Source: Oligoflexales bacterium (GTDB lineage: Bacteria; Bdellovibrionota_B; Oligoflexia; Oligoflexales; Bog-1112). Taken from it: a stretch of DNA of 12,460 nucleotides. This document shows positions 1-8,390 of the stretch, piece after piece (positions within the stretch are counted from its first letter, which is position 1; each line of letters opens with the position of its first letter). The notes beneath the pieces were generated by a model that worked only from the letters and a program-made list of their open reading frames with translations, was not told the origin of the DNA and searched no databases. The position numbers and the translations under genes are program-made. The stretch covers positions 1-12,460 of the forward strand of contig JBGCDR010000109.1 of the NCBI GenBank assembly GCA_045105515.1. The letters are read 5' to 3'.

Positions 1-2
1 AC

Positions 3-95
3 GCAGCTTCTTCAAAGTTAAGAGTCAGAATTGATAAGCTTCGTGATGAAATAGGTTACGCAGCAGCAGGTCTTTGGAACTATAAAATAACATAA
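3..95 (+). CDS. Possible 3' end of a CDS entering from the left edge, or a fragment of a disrupted gene continuing into 187..1206
   Basis: Frame 3 is open from the window edge: AASSKLRVRIDKLRDEIGYAAAGLWNYKIT, ending in TAA at 93-95. Too short to identify. Confidence 0.3.
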   Translation, partial: AASSKLRVRIDKLRDEIGYAAAGLWNYKIT

Positions 96-186
96 ATTAA
101 GCTACCAAAGGGTTTTATCAATTGTTAGACAACTCTAATACATAGAAGATAATTTATGGAATATTGAATTTTCAATTAATTCTTAT

Positions 187-1206
187 ATGAATCATAGTAG
201 GTGGATTCTTGCACTCGAAATAATTGAACTTGAGGAGAATTATAGTGCTATATTTGTTGAGGAACTAGAACTGGTTCTAGCTGGTAATAGTGAATTAACC
301 TGGTATAATCCCGCTTCTGCATCTATTGGTTCTAAAGACTATATGACCATAATTGATGAGTTCAAGTTAGAAAATTCTAGAAATAAAGACTCTCTGATTT
401 CTACACAGATTCCAATAGAAACTGAAGCTCAAAGACAGCTTACTCAACCGGTCATTGGAGGAAGTCAAGTATTTCGAAATACAAAACTAGTTGAAAACAA
501 TCTTAGAGTAATAGTTGTTTATGATTCAGCAGGACTGCCAGTACATAAAGCTGAGCTTGAGTTGATGAATCATCAGATAGCTGAGTATGCGGTTAACGAA
601 GATCTACCAATTCGTATAGAACCTTTGAGTACGCAGGATTTTTTAAGGACTGATACGAGCAATGCTGCACTAATAATTTGGAATGATATGGGTGCAGGGG
701 GAGCTAATTTCACTTCTGAACTCGTTCAGAAGTTTAAATTGGGTTATAATTCAGGAATCCCATTCCTAGCTTTGGGAGCAGATTTAACAAGTTACCACTT
801 AAACATGGATAGTGAAGACAGTTTTGAAACAAGCGAAGATTGGAGTAAACTTATCCATTTGGGTCTCAGCCCAGATCAAGGTAATCCATTTATTAGCAGA
901 AGAATCTTAGTGACTCCAGATGCAGAAGCACATGCATCTGCAATTGGACCCTATGGAATTATCTCCGAATTTACCTATAATTTTGCTCTCGACCATCCTT
1001 CTCAAGTTAAAGAAGGAGGTGTTGTTTTTGCTGTTGACCAATTTGGAAACTCCCAAGCTGTGATTTCTGACTTAAGCTCTGACACAGCCCCCACATTCGC
1101 TTTAAACTGTTTACTGCATCTCATAAATGAGCAGGACGTCAGCGAAAAACTTTTTAAAAATGTCATATCAAATATCCTCAACCCACTTAAGGTAGCTGTG
1201 AATTAA
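187..1206 (+). CDS. Hypothetical acidic protein, possibly the C-terminal part of a larger extracellular protein; C-terminal alpha/beta domain reminiscent of non-catalytic class I glutamine amidotransferase-like folds
   Basis: 339-aa ORF with no signal peptide and no clear RBS; the frame is already open from 139. The pattern LRVIVVYDSAG...ALIIWNDMG...GYNSGIPFLALGADL suggests alternating beta/alpha elements. The fold guess is inference. Confidence 0.7.
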   Translation: MNHSRWILALEIIELEENYSAIFVEELELVLAGNSELTWYNPASASIGSKDYMTIIDEFKLENSRNKDSLISTQIPIETEAQRQLTQPVIGGSQVFRNTKLVENNLRVIVVYDSAGLPVHKAELELMNHQIAEYAVNEDLPIRIEPLSTQDFLRTDTSNAALIIWNDMGAGGANFTSELVQKFKLGYNSGIPFLALGADLTSYHLNMDSEDSFETSEDWSKLIHLGLSPDQGNPFISRRILVTPDAEAHASAIGPYGIISEFTYNFALDHPSQVKEGGVVFAVDQFGNSQAVISDLSSDTAPTFALNCLLHLINEQDVSEKLFKNVISNILNPLKVAVN

Positions 1207-1268
1207 AACCGCAATTTATCCAAATTGGAATATAAGTATTGGTAATAAAAGTATTTATTTTTATTCTC

Positions 1269-1295
1269 TAAATTTTATTTTGTTTTGTTCGATCT
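1269..1295 (+). promoter_or_regulatory. Possible sigma28 (FliA)-like promoter
   Basis: TAAA(1269-1272)-N15-TTCGATCT(1288-1295) versus consensus TAAA-N15-GCCGATAA; 34 nt upstream of the 1330 ATG. Confidence 0.3.
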
Positions 1296-1329
1296 TATAG
1301 ACGGACTTATTTTTTAGAGGAAAAAAACT

Positions 1330-1782
1330 ATGAAAAAATATTTGTTTTTCGCTTTGACATTAGTATTTTTCGCATGTGGTCAAGAAGACGATGATGATTT
1401 GCAGAGTTCTCGTAGGACAAGTGCAGATGCTCTAGCTGAGCAAAATTTTATAGAAGATGATGCTTATAGAATTGATATTAGCATTGACTGTGAAAAATGT
1501 GCTGAGGGAGAACAAAGCCAAGAGTACTCTCTTTTTCTTGAAGATGTTTCAGTTTTTGATCATGCTACATTGAAGCAGATCCATTATTACGATTATGATC
1601 CTAACTACTGCGAAGCTCATACGGAGCCTGCATATGTGGAGGTCACAGTAACTGGTAATGACAACTCTTCTGAGGTTTACTACATCCTTGAGACAGCATG
1701 TGCCTTTACCTTAAAGGAAGGAAGATTTATTACCAAGGAAGATTATGCGAGACTTGCAGGTATTGCTTATTCTGGTAACTGA
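1330..1782 (+). CDS. Hypothetical lipoprotein, 150 aa, acidic, with four Cys after the lipid-anchor Cys
   Basis: RBS AGAGG at 1316-1320. Signal peptide MKKYLFFALTLVFFA|C with lipobox-like FFAC, followed by an acidic linker GQEDDDD. Confidence 0.85.
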   Translation: MKKYLFFALTLVFFACGQEDDDDLQSSRRTSADALAEQNFIEDDAYRIDISIDCEKCAEGEQSQEYSLFLEDVSVFDHATLKQIHYYDYDPNYCEAHTEPAYVEVTVTGNDNSSEVYYILETACAFTLKEGRFITKEDYARLAGIAYSGN

Positions 1783-1801
1783 CAAAGAATGAAACCTTTT
1801 C

Positions 1802-1826
1802 AAAGTGAATGGGTTCCATTCACTTT
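1802..1826. terminator. Perfect hairpin, probable intrinsic terminator (possibly bidirectional)
   Basis: AAAGTGAATGG(1802-1812)-GTT-CCATTCACTTT(1816-1826): an 11-bp perfect inverted repeat about 20 nt after the 1782 stop. Confidence 0.6.
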
Positions 1827-1976
1827 CCTAAATTTACACATTCAACCCAAAAAAATATCATAATAATTTAGCATTATTAAGCTAAAAACAAGTAATTCAT
1901 CACGAAAATAGGTTATATATATTAGGCACTTAAGCTCTATGCGAAAGTTTGCGAACAACAATAGGCATATTTGACT

Positions 1977-2003
1977 CGAATTTTATTCAGTTATTTCCGA
2001 TCC
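1977..2003 (+). promoter_or_regulatory. Possible sigma28 (FliA)-like promoter
   Basis: CGAA(1977-1980)-N15-TCCGATCC(1996-2003). The CCGAT core is present but the -35 match is weak. Confidence 0.25.
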
Positions 2004-2054
2004 AATTAAAGACTGTTAATTTCTCAGATTTGTTGCTAACAACAAGGACAAGCT

Positions 2055-3476
2055 ATGCAACTTAATAAACTAATATTAATAATATTTTTTATAAATCTCT
2101 CTTCATGTAGTAACAAGAAAGATATCAGATCAGCATCGACTTCCCACGCAAAGACCTCGGAAGATAGTATGGCTGATGATGAAGGTGACAAAGGTGGCTT
2201 GGAAGATGTCCTAGTAAGCCAAGGAGAGCAAGAAGAAGGTCTTGAAATCACGAATATTTCACTGGAAGGTCTTATTGATAGCGTTGAAAATGAGCTAGAA
2301 GCGAATACCACTGTAGCGACGATCAAGGCAGAGTTCTCTGATGGCTCAGCTTCAGATCTAGATGTTAACTTTCAGATTTTGGAAACTATAGATACTGATT
2401 ATGAGTTGTTCGAAGTTTCAGGTTCAACCCTTTCAAATATAGATGTACTTGCTGGGGATAAACGATTTGCATTGCACATAAAAGCTGAAAAAAGTGGTTC
2501 AACATTCGAGACCAATATTTTATTTTCTATTGCAGCAGGTAAGCTCCCCCCAGAAAGTCCTCAAAATATTGTTTTCCAGCCCGAACTAGCTATCGGCGAA
2601 GATAATTTAGTTGGGAGCTTTACAGTAGTTGATGATGAAAGATTTGAGCATGTGATAAGTCTTGTAGAAAACGAAGAAGTAGTAGAAAACGATAATGCTT
2701 TGTTTACCATTACCGAAGATAAATTATTCACATCTGATACTTTTGCGTGGAAGGATAGTTTTACTATCCAAGTTGAAGCGCAAAATAATGAATTTGAAGA
2801 CTTAAAATTTGCTACAGAAATCACTTTTTCAATAGCTGAACTAGAACTAGGTGCAGAGGATATTGTAGATGTTGATTTTTTGACAAAAACCTGGGCATAT
2901 AGTACTACTGGTGGGAATATGGCACCCAATTTTGGTGGAAATGAAAAAGCCATAAAAGACCAAAACAATAACAAACTGGCCTTTACTACGCTTGAGGACG
3001 CAAAAAATGAGTGCGAAAAACTAGCGAATTGCCATCGAGTTTGGCAGGTTAATGGTAACTACGTGGCTGGTAATGAAACTTATACACCTGGTAATTTCTA
3101 TCTTTTTGAAACAGGTATTAACCCAACCTTAGTGAGTCCAGTTACTGCTGGAGTCTTTCACACATTATACAGCACAACTGGTGGATTTTTGGCTCCAGAT
3201 GCTGCTGGAAATGCAAAAGTTATTAAAGACCAAGACAACAACAAGCTAGCCTATCCTAGCCTACAAGAAGCACAGACTGAATGTGACAAGCGTGCGACCT
3301 GCCGCCGGGTATGGGAGCTTGGAGCTGAAAATACATACAGTGCTGCCGGAGAAAGCTATTCGGGACCAAATTTCTATCTTTTTGAAACAGGTGTTTATCC
3401 TACAGATGTAAATCCTTATGGAGGGAAGTTTTACAATAAGGTTGTTGCACCAAAAAATGATCCATCTAATTACTGA
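2055..3476 (+). CDS. Surface lipoprotein / putative adhesin with two cadherin-like domains and two tandem C-terminal Cys-paired (PAN/apple-like) repeats
   Basis: RBS AAGGA at 2044-2048; lipobox LSS|C at Cys18. Cadherin-like units VEN..ANTTVATIKA..D..DYELFEVSGSTL and LVGSFTVVDD..ISLV..NDNALFTITEDKLFT..SFTIQVEAQN. Duplicated C-terminal module with TLEDAKNECEKLANCHRVW / SLQEAQTECDKRATCRRVW. Confidence 0.85.
   Translation: MQLNKLILIIFFINLSSCSNKKDIRSASTSHAKTSEDSMADDEGDKGGLEDVLVSQGEQEEGLEITNISLEGLIDSVENELEANTTVATIKAEFSDGSASDLDVNFQILETIDTDYELFEVSGSTLSNIDVLAGDKRFALHIKAEKSGSTFETNILFSIAAGKLPPESPQNIVFQPELAIGEDNLVGSFTVVDDERFEHVISLVENEEVVENDNALFTITEDKLFTSDTFAWKDSFTIQVEAQNNEFEDLKFATEITFSIAELELGAEDIVDVDFLTKTWAYSTTGGNMAPNFGGNEKAIKDQNNNKLAFTTLEDAKNECEKLANCHRVWQVNGNYVAGNETYTPGNFYLFETGINPTLVSPVTAGVFHTLYSTTGGFLAPDAAGNAKVIKDQDNNKLAYPSLQEAQTECDKRATCRRVWELGAENTYSAAGESYSGPNFYLFETGVYPTDVNPYGGKFYNKVVAPKNDPSNY
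2898..3404 (+). repeat. Intragenic tandem duplication, two ~90-aa units (starts 270 nt apart)
   Basis: Unit 1 is 2898-3128 (YSTTGG...NFYLFETGINPT) and unit 2 is 3168-3404 (YSTTGG...NFYLFETGVYPT). An identical 24-mer AATTTCTATCTTTTTGAAACAGGT occurs at 3093-3116 and 3369-3392. Confidence 0.9.
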
Positions 3477-3506
3477 TTAGATTGCAAAGCTGATTGCTAC
3501 CTTCAA

Positions 3507-4178
3507 TTAAGACTCGCAAAATCCTCCAATGCCACCAAATCCTCCTAATCCCCCCAGAGGGTTTCCTCCTAATAAAGGTAAGCTTCTTAACAAGTTATTA
3601 GCTACTCTGTCATTGGTGCTAAGTATGCTATTCATTAAGAGTGCAACACCCAGCATATTTACTGGCTTTGTTAGATTGCTTCTCCCATTACTATTTCCAA
3701 TAAAACGATTTGCACCTTGCTGCCAAAGGCTCATTGATAATGCTAGAAAATCGAGGCGACTACTGTGCCCGTTAGAAAAAAGTGAATTGGAAGCAAAGTT
3801 TTGAAAGAAATTCCGTAAAAAACCGTCTGTTTCTCGTGCATCTGCCGTGCTGCCAAAAAGTCCATCATTGATTAAACCAAGACCAGAATTAATAGCCAAA
3901 TTTTGTTCAAATGATCGTAAAAAACGGTCTTCACCACCGCTAGTGAAATCCATAGGTATTTGATCTCTAAGGGCGTTTGTTGCGAATGGCATCAAGCTTT
4001 TAATAACTGATTTAAAATGCCCGAAATCTCCAGGAAGCGGATCATCAACTTCGCTGTCCCTGGAAGGACTGCGCAAATCATTGAATATTCCTGAAAATGG
4101 GTTTTCTTCAGAAAAAACTGGTATGCTTGAGCAAAGAGCTGCGGATAACAATAGTGCAAAAATATTTTTATTTTTCAT
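3507..4178 (-). CDS. Hypothetical secreted protein, Gly/Leu/Phe/Asn-rich, with a C-terminal GG-repeat tail
   Basis: RBS GAGGT 6 nt upstream of ATG. Sec signal MKNKNIFALLLSAALCSSIPVFS|EE. Tail LLGGNPLGGLGGFGGIGGFCES. Confidence 0.8.
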   Translation of the reverse strand: MKNKNIFALLLSAALCSSIPVFSEENPFSGIFNDLRSPSRDSEVDDPLPGDFGHFKSVIKSLMPFATNALRDQIPMDFTSGGEDRFLRSFEQNLAINSGLGLINDGLFGSTADARETDGFLRNFFQNFASNSLFSNGHSSRLDFLALSMSLWQQGANRFIGNSNGRSNLTKPVNMLGVALLMNSILSTNDRVANNLLRSLPLLGGNPLGGLGGFGGIGGFCES

Positions 4179-4360
4179 AGAATTACCTCAATCTTGATAT
4201 TCACCAAACTAAATCGTGTATCATAAAATTTTTTGGAACTACCAGGATTGAACATACCATTCGAATTGTGAATTTTCTATAATTTTCAAATTTTCGGTAA
4301 AAAAAATCTTAATACCATATTTACTAATTGGAGTTTTTCAAATGGTCTTATGATTACTAG

Positions 4361-6265
4361 CTATCCACCCAAGAAATGCAGCAACGAAATATAAAAAAGC
4401 AAAGGTTCCGGAGGTATATTATCTCTGTCCTTTATCTTTAAACTGCTCTTGAAAAGAGAGGTGTGATTGCTTGGGAAGTAAATACTATTACCTAAATCTG
4501 CAAAGATTGGTGATAATCTACTTCTTAAAAATAAGTGCTCACCCATTGATTTGAATTTTGGTATTTCAAGAGTTTGAGCGATAAAATTTGCAATGTCAGC
4601 TTGGCTACGCTCTAGATATATATTTCTTTCTTTCACTGAAAAATGCTTAGCCGTATTTTCAGCGATCCCACCTGTTATTAGTAAGGGTACCCTGCTATTA
4701 AGTTCATCAGGTGGTATGTTAGCAAAGCTGGAATTTAAAGCGGGAGTTCTGATACCATGATCGCCTGTAACAATAACGATACTTTTTTCCCACAAGGATT
4801 TCTTTTTTAATCCTGAAATAAAAGTGCCCAATGCATAGTCTGCGTAATAAACCGTCCTTTCACTTGGGTGAATCCCTCGAAATTCGTAATTGTTTATATG
4901 TTTGGGTGCATCAGCTGGCAATTCCCAAGGAATGTGATTACTAACAGTCAGAACCATACCAGTTATAACTGGCTGATCTGTTGAAAGGTTAAGGGACTCA
5001 ATAGCATTTATCGAATAGTTTGCTAAGCTTAGGTCTCCAGTGCCCCAGCCAGTTTTAGCCATATCTTGCGGAAGCTCGGAAATGCTCAAGGTTGATCCTA
5101 CATTGTGCTTATCCCAAAACCACTGTTGGTTATCAAACCTTCCTTCTCCACCATGATGCCAAAAGCTTGTTCCTGATTCAGGGTAATCGGTAAGACATTT
5201 ATGATGAATATCTTGTCTTTCTTTCATAAGAGACCGGTCGATACCACTCAAATACCCGCACCATATTGCTTCTTGCCCCCCCCTTGTTACATTGCTAACT
5301 GACCATACCCGGTGGAACAATATACCTTTGTCTGCTAATTCATCAAATTGGGGGCTTATGGATTCCCTAGAATTTCCATACACCCCCATGTCGTAATACC
5401 GGGCTGACTCCATCAGATAAACAATAATGAGTGGTTTTTCACCTTTATATTTCAAGCTATTAAAGCTTTCATTAAGATGCGTTCCAATTGGTAAAATATT
5501 CAATTTTTCCTGCTGCTCTTTGAGGATTAATTGTTCAATATTCTCTTGAGTTATTGATGCTGTTCCATAGCGTTCTGTTAATAAGACAAGATCGTGTTCA
5601 CTCAAAGGCGGAATTTCAACTTTTTTTGTAACTTTATATACAAATCCCTCGATAAAATTAAATTGCAGGTTTTCAGGAACAAACCATTGAACTTTGTAGC
5701 GATTATGGAGTGTATGAAAGCCTATTCCTACCAAAATAACAAATGTTCCAATAAACCACTCTTGCTTGCGACTGAGTTGATATCTTTTGAAAAACATTTC
5801 TACCATTTTCCAAATAGCAAAACTGCTCAAGAGCATAAGCATGACCTTGAAATCAAAAACCGAACCAAAATTTGCCCTTAAAAATAGAGTGTCGGTGAAA
5901 TAAGAAAAATGGGAAGGAATGAAGGGGAAATGAAAAAACGAAACATAAGAACAATGAAGGCTCGCTAGAATCGCTATAGTTCCAATGAAAACAACTCGAA
6001 AAGAGGATTCAAGCATAGGTTTCCCGAGCAAGCCAATAATGAATCCACCTATTGATAATAGCACTGCCCCAAGAACAGAGGTCCAAATATCACTTAAAAA
6101 ACCAGTTATAAATGCAAGGAAATGAACTGTTTTGCCACTATTGTCGATTTGATGGTTTAAATCAGCAAATGTTAAGATTCTATGGAATATGAAAATACCC
6201 ATCAAGATAGCAGTTGACTTAGTAATACTGATTTTATTAGGCCTCACAGGGACTTTTTTCCTCAC
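4361..6265 (-). CDS. LTA synthase family protein (LtaS/MdoB-like phosphoglycerol transferase; alkaline phosphatase/sulfatase superfamily)
   Basis: About five N-terminal TM segments, then a sulfatase-like domain with metal/catalytic motifs IIVYLMES, SPQFDELADKGILF, SNVTRGGQ (catalytic Thr), LTVSNHIPW, YYADYALG, IVIVTGDHG. GTG start. Confidence 0.88.
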   Translation of the reverse strand: MRKKVPVRPNKISITKSTAILMGIFIFHRILTFADLNHQIDNSGKTVHFLAFITGFLSDIWTSVLGAVLLSIGGFIIGLLGKPMLESSFRVVFIGTIAILASLHCSYVSFFHFPFIPSHFSYFTDTLFLRANFGSVFDFKVMLMLLSSFAIWKMVEMFFKRYQLSRKQEWFIGTFVILVGIGFHTLHNRYKVQWFVPENLQFNFIEGFVYKVTKKVEIPPLSEHDLVLLTERYGTASITQENIEQLILKEQQEKLNILPIGTHLNESFNSLKYKGEKPLIIVYLMESARYYDMGVYGNSRESISPQFDELADKGILFHRVWSVSNVTRGGQEAIWCGYLSGIDRSLMKERQDIHHKCLTDYPESGTSFWHHGGEGRFDNQQWFWDKHNVGSTLSISELPQDMAKTGWGTGDLSLANYSINAIESLNLSTDQPVITGMVLTVSNHIPWELPADAPKHINNYEFRGIHPSERTVYYADYALGTFISGLKKKSLWEKSIVIVTGDHGIRTPALNSSFANIPPDELNSRVPLLITGGIAENTAKHFSVKERNIYLERSQADIANFIAQTLEIPKFKSMGEHLFLRSRLSPIFADLGNSIYFPSNHTSLFKSSLKIKDRDNIPPEPLLFYISLLHFLGG

Positions 6266-6410
6266 GAGAATTTAGAATTTGGTTGATTAATGGTGCGTAA
6301 AGAACACTATTAAGCTAGCATTATATATTACTTTGCGCTACAAATTTTTATGATAATTTTATGATTTTTTAATATCTCTGTATAAAAATTAGAAAGATCA
6401 TAGGTATCTA

Positions 6411-7664
6411 TTATCTAATATCTACTTTCAAAACCTTGCCATCTATAAGCATCTCCAAGATGGTTTGCTCGCTATCTGGTTCCAAGTTTTGCTTAATCCA
6501 AGCAACCAGGGCCATTGGGGTGGTGTAAGAACTTGGCCACCCCATAGGATATAAGGTTAAGCCAAATGGTGAAAGTTTTAGCTGATTTGGTACATATCCA
6601 ACCAGAGATTCAGGAGTATTCACAAGCAAATCCGAACACTGTAACAATTTAGCTACTTGATCTCTATTTGAGTTGAACAAGCTAAAATTTGTTTCGATAA
6701 CAGGGCTTGCTAAGGACTGAACACGTATCCGATTTTTTTGTTTCGAACAATCACTTAGATAAGATTCTAAACTATCACTGTAATTGGTATTGCTTAAACT
6801 TAATTGCGGTCCTGCTTGAAAAAGAATGGTATTACCCTTAGAAAAGGCATCATCATAAAATTTTTTCCAGCTGAGATTAATTTGTTTTAGAATACTTTCA
6901 TTTGGTAAATAGCCGCATTGAGGATGAACTCCATCTACATATGTCCTTTTAAAATCGGGAATAGACCAACCTGCCGAAAAATTTACATAGTCAATTTGAT
7001 GGGTCTCAAAGAATTCTTGTAGGGCAATTGTGCGCATTTCCATCATTTGATTAAAATTATCCAGTTCACTATAGTCCCGAGGATAGCATTCCCAATCATT
7101 AAGCCGTAAAATCATTAAGTCAATATTTTCGGTATTTGCTGCAATATAGTTAAAAATGGAATCTCCATGTGCAGTTTTTGCCCATTCGAAAGAAGCAATT
7201 TTTTCTAGAACTAAACTTAAGACTTCTTGGGTATCATCGTCATGATAATGCCGCATGTTTTTTGACTGTAATGTGGCAAATCTATGGTATACGTCTGGAA
7301 CGGTTAATTGATAGCGGTCCTTTATGATTCTGCTTCCTTCGGTACGATATTGACCAATCACTCTGTCTCTAAATAATGTAATACTGGTCAAATACATTCC
7401 ACTATCTATAATTAGGACTCGTTTATTGATCTTTTTTCTAAGAATTTTCCTGTATTTAGGCGTTTTAATTTTGACCCAGGTTTGTTTTTCAGAGTGCTTA
7501 GATTTAACGAGATCCTTGAGATCTGTCATGAATTTTTCTTTTCCAGAGAGACTCCAGTCAGAGTGGTCTGGCATGCTAGTATCAGAATTGCTGCTTTCAG
7601 CACTACAAGAAGCAAGAAATATGACTAGAAAATGAATAAAAACTTGAATAAAAAATGGCTTCAT
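6411..7664 (-). CDS. Divergent subtilisin-like (S8) serine protease lipoprotein
   Basis: Lipobox LAS|C at Cys20. Subtilase triad motifs in canonical order: VLIIDSG (D87), TAHGDSI (H166), YVNFSAG, and PSSYTTP (S379; compare GTSxAxP). RBS AGGT at 7671-7674. Confidence 0.72.
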   Translation of the reverse strand: MKPFFIQVFIHFLVIFLASCSAESSNSDTSMPDHSDWSLSGKEKFMTDLKDLVKSKHSEKQTWVKIKTPKYRKILRKKINKRVLIIDSGMYLTSITLFRDRVIGQYRTEGSRIIKDRYQLTVPDVYHRFATLQSKNMRHYHDDDTQEVLSLVLEKIASFEWAKTAHGDSIFNYIAANTENIDLMILRLNDWECYPRDYSELDNFNQMMEMRTIALQEFFETHQIDYVNFSAGWSIPDFKRTYVDGVHPQCGYLPNESILKQINLSWKKFYDDAFSKGNTILFQAGPQLSLSNTNYSDSLESYLSDCSKQKNRIRVQSLASPVIETNFSLFNSNRDQVAKLLQCSDLLVNTPESLVGYVPNQLKLSPFGLTLYPMGWPSSYTTPMALVAWIKQNLEPDSEQTILEMLIDGKVLKVDIR

Positions 7665-7675
7665 ATTTTTACCTA

Positions 7676-8374
7676 CTATAGCTGATCCACTTGTTCAATA
7701 GCATCTTGCCAGGATGAGCCGTTCTTACTAAGGCCCCTCACAACTCTAGTGTATGAGACTTTTTTCCAATTTGAGCTCAATTTGCTGTAAAACAGCTTTC
7801 CTTCTGTCGGGTTTATCATTGTCAACACCTCAAGCAGCTCCAAGCGATTGGAGGCTTGATTTTTTTTTGTACTTTTTTTTCCGGAAAGAGGCTGTTGCAA
7901 ATATTCGATTAAATGGGTTTGAATTATTTCATTTGATTCAGGAATCAGTTCTGCAACCTTCTGTATAAAATCAATTTGACGAACTAAATTCAGCTCGACA
8001 TTATTATTGCCATTTTTTTCTCTTGAAAGCCGATGTAAATTTTTAAAAGAATCTTTTATCAGTGATTCCATTCCATAATTATCAATCAGATCGTGCAGTA
8101 GGTCCTTCTCATTTATTAATGCATTATTTTGGCTTTTATAGAATAATCGGGACAATTTATGCCCTATAGGTACTTTGAAATCTGAAGGCTGCTTAAGTTT
8201 GGAATTTGGGAATTTAGAAATACTGTTATCATATGGAAGTATAGGTGCCTCTTTTTCAACGAAATGTTGATTCCTATCAAATTCTCGATACAAATCTTTG
8301 TTTGATAAATTTAAAATGTAGAGACAAAAAATTGTTGCTAATATCAGGTTCATTAAAATAAATTGTCTCAACAT
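7676..8374 (-). CDS. Hypothetical protein with a single N-terminal membrane anchor and a basic, helical soluble domain
   Basis: The track's GTG at 8380 lies inside the SD-like GAGGTG (8378-8383), so the ATG at 8374 is the more likely start (232 aa). Hydrophobic segment FILMNLILATIFCLYILNL. Flanking intergenic gaps are 16 and 11 nt. Confidence 0.75.
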   Translation of the reverse strand: MLRQFILMNLILATIFCLYILNLSNKDLYREFDRNQHFVEKEAPILPYDNSISKFPNSKLKQPSDFKVPIGHKLSRLFYKSQNNALINEKDLLHDLIDNYGMESLIKDSFKNLHRLSREKNGNNNVELNLVRQIDFIQKVAELIPESNEIIQTHLIEYLQQPLSGKKSTKKNQASNRLELLEVLTMINPTEGKLFYSKLSSNWKKVSYTRVVRGLSKNGSSWQDAIEQVDQL

Positions 8375-8390
8375 ATTCACCTCAATAAGT

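Noticed and set aside
1486..1503. CxxC (CEKC) in the small lipoprotein as a heme c or thioredoxin motif
   Set aside because: No His after CxxC and no thioredoxin context; more likely a structural disulfide or metal site.
3520..3572. Short AATCCTCC-like repeats as a CRISPR or VNTR
   Set aside because: They simply encode the GG-x tail of the minus-strand protein; there are no spacers and no cas genes.
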